Positions 18,852 through 26,985 of a DNA stretch of 64,000 nt are shown piece after piece (position 1 is the stretch's first letter; each line of letters opens with the position of its first letter). The DNA lies in contig DATJWQ010000058.1 in the NCBI GenBank assembly GCA_035501175.1, forward strand, positions 213 to 64,212, given 5' to 3'. Made by a program: the position numbers and the translations under genes. Source of the stretch: Verrucomicrobiia bacterium (GTDB lineage: Bacteria; Verrucomicrobiota; Verrucomicrobiia; Palsa-1439). The notes below the pieces were generated by a model, which saw only the letters and a list, made by a program, of their open reading frames with translations, did not search any database and was not told the origin of the DNA.

Positions 18852-19841
18852 TCAGGCCACTTTGGCGCTCTTCATCGACGACTTGACCTGCGTCTCGATC
18901 CAGGCGTACGTGCGAGCCATGCCGTCTTCGAGGGAAATCTCGGGCTCCCATTTGAGGACCTCACGAAGCTTCGTGTTGTCCGAGTTGCGACCCCGCACGC
19001 CCTGGGGACCATCAATGTGCTTCTTGTTGACCGTGATGCCGGCAATCTTGGCCGCCATGTCGGCAAGCTGATTGATTGTCACCATCCGGTCCTGGCCCAG
19101 ATTCAACGGATCGCGGTGGTCGGAACGCATCAGCTTGTAGATGCCGTTGACGCAATCATCGATGTAACAGAACGACCGGGTTTGTTCGCCGTCGCCCCAG
19201 ATTTCAATTTCGTGTTTGCCGGTAAGCTTGGCGATCGCCACCTTGCGGCACATCGCCGCCGGCGCTTTCTCGCGTCCGCCATCCCACGTTCCCAGCGGAC
19301 CGAAAATATTATGGAACCGCACGATGCGCGTCTCCAGTCCATAGTCCTGCCGATAATGCATGCAAGCGCGCTCGGTGATGAGTTTTTCCCAGCCGTATGC
19401 ATCCTGCGGATACGCGGGATAGGCGTCGTCCTCCTTCAACGGGACCACGTTGGCATCCATCTGTTTGAACTCAGGGTAGATACAGGCCGACGATGTGTAG
19501 AAGTAGCGTTTGACGCTGTTCACGTGCGCGGCGTCCAGCGTGTGAATGTTGATCAGCAAATTGTTGTGCAGAATCAGCGCATGATGGTGCGAGATGAATC
19601 CCATCCCGCCCATGTCGGCCGCCAACGCGTACACTTCGTCCACGCCACGCGTCGCCTGCAAGCAGTTGTCCCACCGCCGCAGATCCAAAACCTCAAACTC
19701 GTCGGCATCCGTCGGGGAGTATTCCGGGTACTTGAGGTCAACGCCCCGTACCCAATAGCCCTTGCCCTTGAGAAACGTCACCAGATGATGGCCGATAAAC
19801 CCACCGGCGCCGGTCACGAGTACCTTGGTCTGCTCTTTCAC
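18852..19841 (-). CDS. GDP-mannose 3,5-epimerase-like NAD-dependent epimerase
   Basis: GAGGFIG, LAADMGGMGFI, TSSACIYP, PQDAYGWEK, RFHNIFGP, GGREKAPAAMCRK, IWGDGEQTRSF; GTG 19841 with AAGGGAG RBS. Confidence 0.85.
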   Translation of the reverse strand: MKEQTKVLVTGAGGFIGHHLVTFLKGKGYWVRGVDLKYPEYSPTDADEFEVLDLRRWDNCLQATRGVDEVYALAADMGGMGFISHHHALILHNNLLINIHTLDAAHVNSVKRYFYTSSACIYPEFKQMDANVVPLKEDDAYPAYPQDAYGWEKLITERACMHYRQDYGLETRIVRFHNIFGPLGTWDGGREKAPAAMCRKVAIAKLTGKHEIEIWGDGEQTRSFCYIDDCVNGIYKLMRSDHRDPLNLGQDRMVTINQLADMAAKIAGITVNKKHIDGPQGVRGRNSDNTKLREVLKWEPEISLEDGMARTYAWIETQVKSSMKSAKVA

Positions 19842-20079
19842 AATATCTCCCTTGTTCGTCGGTTCGGCCACGGCGATTCTTGACCCGGATGGGGCATCTG
19901 CGGAGGAAATTCTGCCTCACGATCCGCTGGCATTCTGACGGTCCGCTGTCGCGGTACCCGCCCTCACCGACGATTTTGTTTCCTGGCTTGCTTTCCCTGT
20001 CGTTCGCCGCGACGAAACACCGTCGCGAGCGAATCAGTTGATTGGACAATATATCAGCGAGAACTGCTCAAGACAAGGC

Positions 20080-21240
20080 TCATTTGCCGCTTTTGAGCGT
20101 TGTCCCACCTGCAACGCAACGCTTTCCATCGGCCAGCGCAAGCGTCTCAAATACGCGAATGATCCGTTCACCGTATCGGTCCTGGGTGAAGAACTCGTCG
20201 AACCGTCGTCGATTGGCCTGCCTCATCCCCTCGCGCAACGACGAGTCACGGATGATCCTCAGAATCTTCTCCGCGAGATCGCCAGCGTCACGCGGTGTTG
20301 CCAACAGCCCATTCACCCCATCCTTCACCATCTCGGGAATGGCCGCCCATTTCGTCGAGATCACCGGCAGCCCGGCCCACATCGCCTCGACGACCACCAG
20401 CGGATGCACCTCCATGTAGTAATACGATGGGAACACCAGCGCATCAGCGTCCACGAGCAACTGCCATTTGCGCTCGCCCCAAACCACACCCGCAAACGAT
20501 ACATTCTTGTCGATCCCCCACTCCCGAATCTTCTGCTCGGCCTCGATCCGATCGCTCGGCAACGGCCAATCACCCGCGAAAATGAACCGCGCATCGGGAT
20601 ACGCTTTCACGACCCTGGCTGCCGCTTCCAGGAGAACAAACACACCCTTCTCCCGAATCAGGTTGCCGAGAAATAGCCCCGTGAACGGTCCGCCCGCCGG
20701 GGCAGACCGCTGGGGAAGCGGCGGGGCCTCGATGCCGCTGGCCACGACAAAAATCCGATCCGCCGGCAGCCATTGGTCGAAATTGAACCGTTGTCCCTCG
20801 CCCATCACGATGGCGCCTGCGGAATTTCTGACCGTCTTCTCGATTCGCCGCTGCATTCCCGGTGAGGATTTTTTGTAGAAATCCAGAAAGCCGTTGGCGT
20901 GCGCGTACAACACCGCTGGCACGCCGAACAGACCGGCGACGCGAATGAGAAGCCATTCTTTGAGAAACGCATTCCGGTTGCAGGAGACAGACAGAAACAA
21001 ATAGTCGTACCTGCGGCGAATCAGGCGGCCAAACATCTGACATACCATCCTCGCCAGCAACAGCAGCTTGCGCGGGTGAAGACGTTCGAGTTCGCCAACC
21101 TTCTTGATAACGGTCTGATCGATGAACGCGACCTCGAATCGCTCGGGGAACGCCGAGTGCATCAGCGCCGAATACGTCACGCTCGGTCCGAAATAAGGAG
21201 GCGGCAAATGCCCCACCACCAGAAGCCGTAATTTCCGCAT
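20080..21240 (-). CDS. GT4 (GT-B) glycosyltransferase
   Basis: LGNLIREKG, FPSYYYMEVHPLVVVEAM, GLPVIST, GVNGLL. Confidence 0.88.
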   Translation of the reverse strand: MRKLRLLVVGHLPPPYFGPSVTYSALMHSAFPERFEVAFIDQTVIKKVGELERLHPRKLLLLARMVCQMFGRLIRRRYDYLFLSVSCNRNAFLKEWLLIRVAGLFGVPAVLYAHANGFLDFYKKSSPGMQRRIEKTVRNSAGAIVMGEGQRFNFDQWLPADRIFVVASGIEAPPLPQRSAPAGGPFTGLFLGNLIREKGVFVLLEAAARVVKAYPDARFIFAGDWPLPSDRIEAEQKIREWGIDKNVSFAGVVWGERKWQLLVDADALVFPSYYYMEVHPLVVVEAMWAGLPVISTKWAAIPEMVKDGVNGLLATPRDAGDLAEKILRIIRDSSLREGMRQANRRRFDEFFTQDRYGERIIRVFETLALADGKRCVAGGTTLKSGK

Positions 21241-21293
21241 TTCCACCGCGGAATGCTACACACAACCCCCGGGAATGTCTAGATGCCGGCGGA

Positions 21294-21331
21294 AACACGA
21301 ATTACACGCAAGAGACACGAAGTACACGAAT
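21294..21331. repeat. Short ACACG(A/C)A tandem-like repeat, 4 units
   Basis: AACACGAATTACACGCAAGAGACACGAAGTACACGAAT. Confidence 0.5.
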
Positions 21332-21414
21332 GCGGACATCTGCGTCTTGAGTTTATGGATGGTTTGCGGTATCCAACGATTATCGAGCTTGCGGAGCCGC
21401 TCGCCCGTCGGGGT

Positions 21415-21437
21415 GACTCAGCTTTGGATTGTTAGAC
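21415..21437 (+). mobile_element. 3' half of an attC site (L' box GACTCAGC, R' core GTTAGAC)
   Basis: GTTRRRY at 21431-21437, 5 nt before the cassette ATG; L' complementary to the L'' of the downstream half-site. Confidence 0.65.
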
Positions 21438-21442
21438 GTCAT

Positions 21443-22246
21443 ATGCTCACATCTCTTCGACATCAGGCCACAGCCCGCTCAAAACCAGTTGCCGACGAAT
21501 TGGCAAACCTCGGTTGGGTAGTGCTTAGAGAGATACCGGCACGCTTGGGAGATGACGGACCTCGCGGTTACGTGCTTGAGTGGATTGGAGCCGGTGAGCC
21601 ACCAGGCCTTGATCTCATACGGAAGGGCGCGCCGGTTGCCGATCTACTCTCCGCAAATCAACGTAACACGATTATTGCGGAGCACCTTCGGGAGCACCTT
21701 CCGCCTACAGGTCTCACGGAGATCTCGTCTCGACGCTGGATCGACGGTTCCAAGCCGCCAGTCAGACGCTTGTTCGAAATTGCACTTCTTAAGGGTGCGA
21801 GCCTGCGGGCGGAGTGGGGATTCTCATTGGATTTTGTTCCGCACATTTCAGCCGGGAGGGTTAAGTGGCATCGCTCCGATAAGTCTGCCAGGTTCGATAT
21901 CATAGTCAGCGGATGCGAATTTAATCTGGTGGAACCATGCTTTCTTTTCGGACCGGCCCATCTCGCAGAGGACTTGCGGAAGCTCCTGCGTCATGCTGTT
22001 GCTCTGGCTGAAGAGACTTGGAAGAAGGGCGCGACCATCGACGGTATGTATGAGATCATTCGCGAGAAGCGCGCGCGGTATGGAGGGCTTTGTGATATTT
22101 CACCCGTTTTTGCATTTCTCGCAGCAAAGACTGGCGATATTGAGGCAAGCAGAAAAGAACTGGCTCGCTACATCAAGTTTCATAACTTGGATGAGAAAGA
22201 GGCAGCCAAGCTTCAAAAGGCCTTGACTGCGTCCACTGGTGCCTAA
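21443..22246 (+). CDS. Hypothetical cassette-encoded protein (267 aa)
   Basis: Open frame; ATG just after the attC core; no recognisable catalytic motif; ORF-track extension to 21275 rejected. Confidence 0.6.
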   Translation: MLTSLRHQATARSKPVADELANLGWVVLREIPARLGDDGPRGYVLEWIGAGEPPGLDLIRKGAPVADLLSANQRNTIIAEHLREHLPPTGLTEISSRRWIDGSKPPVRRLFEIALLKGASLRAEWGFSLDFVPHISAGRVKWHRSDKSARFDIIVSGCEFNLVEPCFLFGPAHLAEDLRKLLRHAVALAEETWKKGATIDGMYEIIREKRARYGGLCDISPVFAFLAAKTGDIEASRKELARYIKFHNLDEKEAAKLQKALTASTGA

Positions 22247-22295
22247 CAGATCGCTGTAGCCAACACGGGATGGCGCGATCAGTTCCACCGTCGCA
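22241..22295 (+). mobile_element. 5' half of an attC site (R'' GCCTAAC, L'' GCTG[T]AGCC), apparently truncated
   Basis: RYYYAAC, 5-nt spacer, then an L box with an extra base; no matching GTTAGGC downstream before galE. Confidence 0.65.
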
Positions 22296-22373
22296 GGCGT
22301 AGCGTAAGGCCGAGAAAACCGCTTCGCGACAAAGTTCTTGCCGCCAACCGGATCGCCCGCTACAAGACTGCAC

Positions 22374-23342
22374 ATGAAAGTCTTTGTCACCGGCGGGGCC
22401 GGCTACGTGGGAAGCGTGTGCGTTGAGGAATTGCTCAACGCGGGATATCAGGTCGTGGTGTTCGACAACCTGAGCGAGGGACATCGTGCCGCAGTCGATC
22501 AACGGGCAGAGTTTCTCGAGGGCGACCTGAAGAACCGGCCCTTCGTGCTGGAGAGTTTCCAGCGGTTGCGCCCCGATGCCGTGATGCATTTCGCCTCGAA
22601 CACGCTCGTCGGCGCCAGCATGACGAACCCGGGCATTTACCTCGGTGACAATATTTCCAATGCCATCAACCTGCTCGACGCGTGCGTCGCGGCGGGCACG
22701 AAACATTTTGTGTTCTCGTCCAGTTGCGCCATTTTTGGCGTTCCCAAGACCGAGTTCATCACCGAGGACCTCCCGAAGAACCCGATCAACCCCTACGGCG
22801 AGTCCAAGCTGATGGTGGAGAGAATCCTGGCATGGTACGAAAAGCTCTTCGGGATCCGCTACGTGTGTTTGCGTTACTTCAACGCCGCCGGCGCGTCGGA
22901 GAAGTTTGGCGAACATCACCGCGAAGAGACGCACCTGATCCCCAACGTCCTGAAAGTCGCACTCGGGCAGAAGCCGGCGGTCGATATTTATGGCACGCAC
23001 TACCCCACACCCGACGGCACCTGCATCCGCGATTACGTCCACATCATCGACCTGGCGCAGGCCCACCGGCTCGCGGTCAGCGCGACGCACTCGGATGTAT
23101 TCAACCTGGGCAGCGGCGATGGGTATTCGGTGAAACAGATCGTCGAGATGGCCCGCAACGTCTCCGGGCGCACGATCAACGCCGTGGAAAAACCGAACCG
23201 CCCCGGCGACCCGCCACGGCTCGTGGCCGATTCGACCAAGGTCCGCAAGGTGCTCGGTTGGAAACCGCGATTTGATTCCGTCGAGTCGATCCTCGAAAGC
23301 GCGTGGCGCTGGCACCTCGCCCACCCCAACGGCTACGAGTAG
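22374..23342 (+). CDS. galE: UDP-glucose 4-epimerase
   Basis: GGAGYVGS, FSSSCA, PINPYGESK, LRYFNAAGA, GEHH, HLIP, DGTCIRDYVH, RPGDP. Confidence 0.92.
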   Translation: MKVFVTGGAGYVGSVCVEELLNAGYQVVVFDNLSEGHRAAVDQRAEFLEGDLKNRPFVLESFQRLRPDAVMHFASNTLVGASMTNPGIYLGDNISNAINLLDACVAAGTKHFVFSSSCAIFGVPKTEFITEDLPKNPINPYGESKLMVERILAWYEKLFGIRYVCLRYFNAAGASEKFGEHHREETHLIPNVLKVALGQKPAVDIYGTHYPTPDGTCIRDYVHIIDLAQAHRLAVSATHSDVFNLGSGDGYSVKQIVEMARNVSGRTINAVEKPNRPGDPPRLVADSTKVRKVLGWKPRFDSVESILESAWRWHLAHPNGYE

Positions 23343-23392
23343 AATCGCACCGCCGTTGGTTGGTGCGCGCGTGACTTCCCGCCAACACAGGT

Positions 23393-24325
23393 CTACTCGT
23401 GAATTGCGCGGACCAAATACTTCGGATGGCGACCGATCTCGTAGTTCATGCCGACGAGGTACTCACCGATCATGCCAACGACGACGGTGAGGAAACCCCA
23501 CAGGCTTAGGGCGATGGCGCCCACGCCCAGCATGAGCGAACGGCTGCCCCCACCGGCCGCTGCCCACGCAAGTGCGGCCACCACGCCAAACCCGCCCAAC
23601 CCCAAGCCAGCCGCGCCGACGACCTGAACGAATTGAAACGGCTTGGCGCGCGCACCAAGGAACACCGACATGAACTGGTCCATGCGGCGGAAGAAACCGT
23701 GTTTCGATTGCTCGCCTCCGGGGCGTTCATGGTGGGAGACGGCAACCTCGCCGACCCGAAAGCCAAGCTTGGCGAACAGCACCGGGAACCAGCCGCGAGA
23801 AGTTGAGTACTTCGACAGTTCCTTCGCCGCTTCGTTCGTATAGGCCCTCAGGAAACATCCGTAATCGTGAATGGGGGTCGGCGCGTCGCTGCGGATCAGG
23901 CGGTTGACGATCAACGACGGCAGTTTGCGCGAGAAGAATGGGTCCTTCCGGTCGCTGCGCCAGCCGCAGACAATCTCATAGCCTTCCTTCATTTTCTCCA
24001 GCAGCTTGGCGATATCGGCAGGGTCATTCTGCAAATCCCCATCCAGCGTCACGACAACGGCGCCCTTGGCAAGATCGAAGCCGGCGTAAGTGGCGGCGTG
24101 CTGGCCAAAATTGCGCCGCAATTCGACAATCTTCAGCCACGGATAATTCTTCTTTGCCGCCCGGAGTCTGGCGACCGTCGCGTCCCGGCTGCCGTCGTCG
24201 ACGATAATCACCTCGTTCGGCGCGGGCAGCCCCGGCAGCACGGCGGCAATCCGCGCCAGCAACGGGTCTACGTTAACTTCCTCGTTGTAAACGGGGATGA
24301 TAATCGAAAGGGCGACGTCCATCAT
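23393..24325 (-). CDS. GT2 polyprenyl-phosphate glycosyltransferase (ArnC/GtrB-like)
   Basis: IPVYNEE, VDDGSRD, RNFGQHAA, LDGDLQNDP, HDYGCFLRAY, two C-terminal TM helices. Confidence 0.88.
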   Translation of the reverse strand: MMDVALSIIIPVYNEEVNVDPLLARIAAVLPGLPAPNEVIIVDDGSRDATVARLRAAKKNYPWLKIVELRRNFGQHAATYAGFDLAKGAVVVTLDGDLQNDPADIAKLLEKMKEGYEIVCGWRSDRKDPFFSRKLPSLIVNRLIRSDAPTPIHDYGCFLRAYTNEAAKELSKYSTSRGWFPVLFAKLGFRVGEVAVSHHERPGGEQSKHGFFRRMDQFMSVFLGARAKPFQFVQVVGAAGLGLGGFGVVAALAWAAAGGGSRSLMLGVGAIALSLWGFLTVVVGMIGEYLVGMNYEIGRHPKYLVRAIHE

Positions 24326-24426
24326 GCGAGCTTTCGGGCAAATTTATACTGTGTTGCCCGGAGCGGCACAATAGCAATCTATCCCGGCTTCCGCCGGCAC
24401 ATGGTTTGTGCCAGTATGCTCGGCAA

Positions 24427-25773
24427 GTGAATTCGTCTTCGGCACTCTCTGATACGTTGATCGAAGCTGCACGCCGCTACCGCATTGCGCTCGCGGCAAT
24501 TGTTTTGGCAACCTGGTTTTTCTATCTCGCGATCGGCCTGTATTACGCAACGCGGCTGATCCCGTCGAACAAGGCATCGTTGCATCTGACCGGCGAGGCA
24601 TACCTGAGCTCATTCCCCACCTGGGGCACGGTTCGCGAAACCGACTCGGCCATCGCCAACCGCACCGCCATCGAAATACTGAAAACCGGCGTGCCGCGCA
24701 CCATATCGGGCAGACTCTTCTTGCACTCTCCGGTGTATTCTTATTTTGTGGCTGCCTGTTACGTCGTGGGCGGGCTCCGGCTCTTATCGATCGCCGTGCC
24801 GCAAGCGGCTTTGGGTGGGTTGATTTGCCTTGTTCTTGCGGTGACCGCGTACAAGATCGCTCCCGCGCACCGCCGACTGGCGGCGTTCTCCGCGGCGATT
24901 CTGGTTCTCACCAATGTGCGGCTGGCGATGTATGTCGCCTATATCATCCCCACAATTCCGCTCATGTTCTTCCTGGCGCTGGCTCTTTTCTACGCCACGC
25001 GTCTGGATACGGTGCGAGGTTCCACAGGCTTTACGCTCACAATGATCTTGGGAACCTACACACAGGCTGTGTTCTTTGTGGCTGCCCTATCCGCTGCCCT
25101 GTGGCTTCTCGTCTCCTCATGGAAACACAAGCGTCGCGCCCCGTTGATTGGCGCGCTGTGCATCGTTGTGTTTGCAATTCTCAAGGTGGCATCCGGTCTG
25201 ATCGATTCCCCAACTGCCAGTTACGATTTTCAACATGTCGGAGATCGCAGCATGGCGTGGAACGCAAACAACCCGGAATACGAGAGCTTCACGTGGCGGA
25301 GTTGGTGGGAGTGGCAGCACAAACAACCCCCTACGGAAGAGCAAACGTCCCGCTACAATGATTACCTTGCACGCTCGCACAATCAACCGATGCGGGCCGT
25401 CTTGCTTTGGATTTCGGAAAATCCCGCCACCTATGTGACACTTTGTTTCGTGCGGCTGAAATCCGAGCTCGGCCCATTCACAGGCCAGATGTCGCCACGC
25501 AACCAACTGATTTCGTCGGCGGTCTGGCTCCTCATTTTTCCTGCGGGGTTTTGGGGATTATGGAAGCACCGTGGCCATGCGCTGGCGCAGTTGGCTGTGG
25601 CAATCATCCTGGCCGTCGTCGCCTTTGGAATCCTCGTGACGGAAGAACCGTATCTCCGCTACCGCATGCCCGTCGATCTGGTACTGACCCTTTTTGCCGG
25701 TCTCGCCTACGCCGAGTGGCTGACACACTTACGTGGCCCAATCCAATCAGCATCAGCGAGCAGCTCACAATAA
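24427..25773 (+). CDS. Polytopic membrane protein, probable GT-C (ArnT/PMT-like) glycosyltransferase
   Basis: Many TM helices, HSPVYSYF loop motif, terminal RYRMPVD; divergent from GT2; start GTG 24427 or ATG 24406. Confidence 0.55.
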   Translation: MNSSSALSDTLIEAARRYRIALAAIVLATWFFYLAIGLYYATRLIPSNKASLHLTGEAYLSSFPTWGTVRETDSAIANRTAIEILKTGVPRTISGRLFLHSPVYSYFVAACYVVGGLRLLSIAVPQAALGGLICLVLAVTAYKIAPAHRRLAAFSAAILVLTNVRLAMYVAYIIPTIPLMFFLALALFYATRLDTVRGSTGFTLTMILGTYTQAVFFVAALSAALWLLVSSWKHKRRAPLIGALCIVVFAILKVASGLIDSPTASYDFQHVGDRSMAWNANNPEYESFTWRSWWEWQHKQPPTEEQTSRYNDYLARSHNQPMRAVLLWISENPATYVTLCFVRLKSELGPFTGQMSPRNQLISSAVWLLIFPAGFWGLWKHRGHALAQLAVAIILAVVAFGILVTEEPYLRYRMPVDLVLTLFAGLAYAEWLTHLRGPIQSASASSSQ

Positions 25774-25872
25774 TGATTTCAGGAATTCATGGAACGACCG
25801 TCCGTTCGCCATGAGGTTGTGTTGCAGGGTGGTTTTGGATATCAATTTCACGGCTGACCGGGGATCGCGCTT

Positions 25873-26271
25873 ATGAAACAGTTCACCGTTCGCACAGGCA
25901 AACATACGGAGTTTGTCGAGATCACCGACAAGTTGCAGGAGGCAGTCGACGAAAGCGGGATCAAAGACGGCGTCTGCGTGGCGGTCGTGCCCCACACGAC
26001 GGCGGGGATTACGATCAACGAAAACGCGGACCCGGATGTCGTGTCCGACATGATCTACGCGCTCGACAAAGCCGTCCCGTGGAAGGACGCCCACTATCGC
26101 CACGACGAAGGCAACACCGCCGCGCACGTCAAGTCGAGTATGATGGGGCACAGCACGCAGGTGCTTGTGCGGGGAGGCAAACTACAGTTCGGCACGTGGC
26201 AGGGCGTGTACCTGTGCGAATTCGACGGCCCGCGCAGCCGCAGCCTGTGGGTGACGGTACTGCGTCAGTGA
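25873..26271 (+). CDS. yjbQ: YjbQ (UPF0047) family protein
   Basis: PHTTAGITINENADPDV, HDEGNTAAHVK, GTWQGVYLCEFDGPRSR. Confidence 0.92.
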   Translation: MKQFTVRTGKHTEFVEITDKLQEAVDESGIKDGVCVAVVPHTTAGITINENADPDVVSDMIYALDKAVPWKDAHYRHDEGNTAAHVKSSMMGHSTQVLVRGGKLQFGTWQGVYLCEFDGPRSRSLWVTVLRQ

Positions 26272-26969
26272 TCCCTGGAAGTCTGGCCGTAGTAGGCGGT
26301 GCGGCCGTGTTTGCGGAGGAAATGCTTGTCGACCAGCGGGCGTTGCATGGAACCGGCGGAAGGCTTGATCCGCAGCGTTTCGCTCGCCAGACGCGCCAGG
26401 TGTTCGAGGACGACCGCGTTTTCGACGGCTTTCTCGACCGTCTCACCCCAGGCAAACGGCGCGTGGCTGGCCACAAGCACGCCGGGAAAGTGAAGCGGAT
26501 CGATCTTTTTGAATCTCTCCACAATCACGCGGCCCGTGTTGGCTTCATAATCACCCTTGATTTCCCGGGCGGTGAGAAGGCGCGTGCACGGCACCGGCCC
26601 GTGAAAGTAATCCGCGTGGGTTGTGCCGAGCGCGGGCAGATCGCGGCGCGCCTGCGCCCACGCCGTTGCGTACAGGCTGTGGGTGTGAACGATGCCGCCG
26701 ATCTCCCGAAAGGCGCGATACAGGACCCGATGCGTCGGCGTGTCCGAACTCGGGCGAAGATCGCCTTCAACGACCCGGCCGGTTTCCAGCGAGACAACCA
26801 CCATGTGTTCGGGAGCCATCGTCTCGTACGACACGCCGGACGGCTTGATCACGAGATAACCGCTCGCACGATCGACGCCGCTGACGTTGCCCCAGGTTTG
26901 CACGACGAGGCCTTCACGAACCAGTTGCCGGTTCGCATCGCAGACGGTCTGTTTCAGTTGTTCGAGCAT
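26265..26969 (-). CDS. araD: L-ribulose-5-phosphate 4-epimerase
   Basis: WGNVSG, IKPSGVSY, PSSDTPTH, GIVHTHS, GTTHADYF, SHAPFAWG, KHFLRKHG. Confidence 0.95.
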   Translation of the reverse strand: MLEQLKQTVCDANRQLVREGLVVQTWGNVSGVDRASGYLVIKPSGVSYETMAPEHMVVVSLETGRVVEGDLRPSSDTPTHRVLYRAFREIGGIVHTHSLYATAWAQARRDLPALGTTHADYFHGPVPCTRLLTAREIKGDYEANTGRVIVERFKKIDPLHFPGVLVASHAPFAWGETVEKAVENAVVLEHLARLASETLRIKPSAGSMQRPLVDKHFLRKHGRTAYYGQTSRDH

Positions 26970-26985
26970 GGTCCGGGTCCAATGT

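Larger units (their letters stand above)
21432..22295 (+). mobile_element. Solitary integron-type gene cassette (no integrase in window)
   Basis: Promoterless ORF between GTTAGAC and GCCTAAC-AGATC-GCTGTAGCC, with its stop codon inside the R'' box. Confidence 0.65.

Noticed and set aside
21371-21437. Complete attC using ATCCAAC as R''
   Set aside because: ATCCAAC fits RYYYAAC but pairs poorly with GTTAGAC, and no L'' box sits at the correct spacing; treated as a half-site only
26265-26271. 7-bp convergent overlap of yjbQ and araD
   Set aside because: Ordinary compact gene packing with no evidence of function
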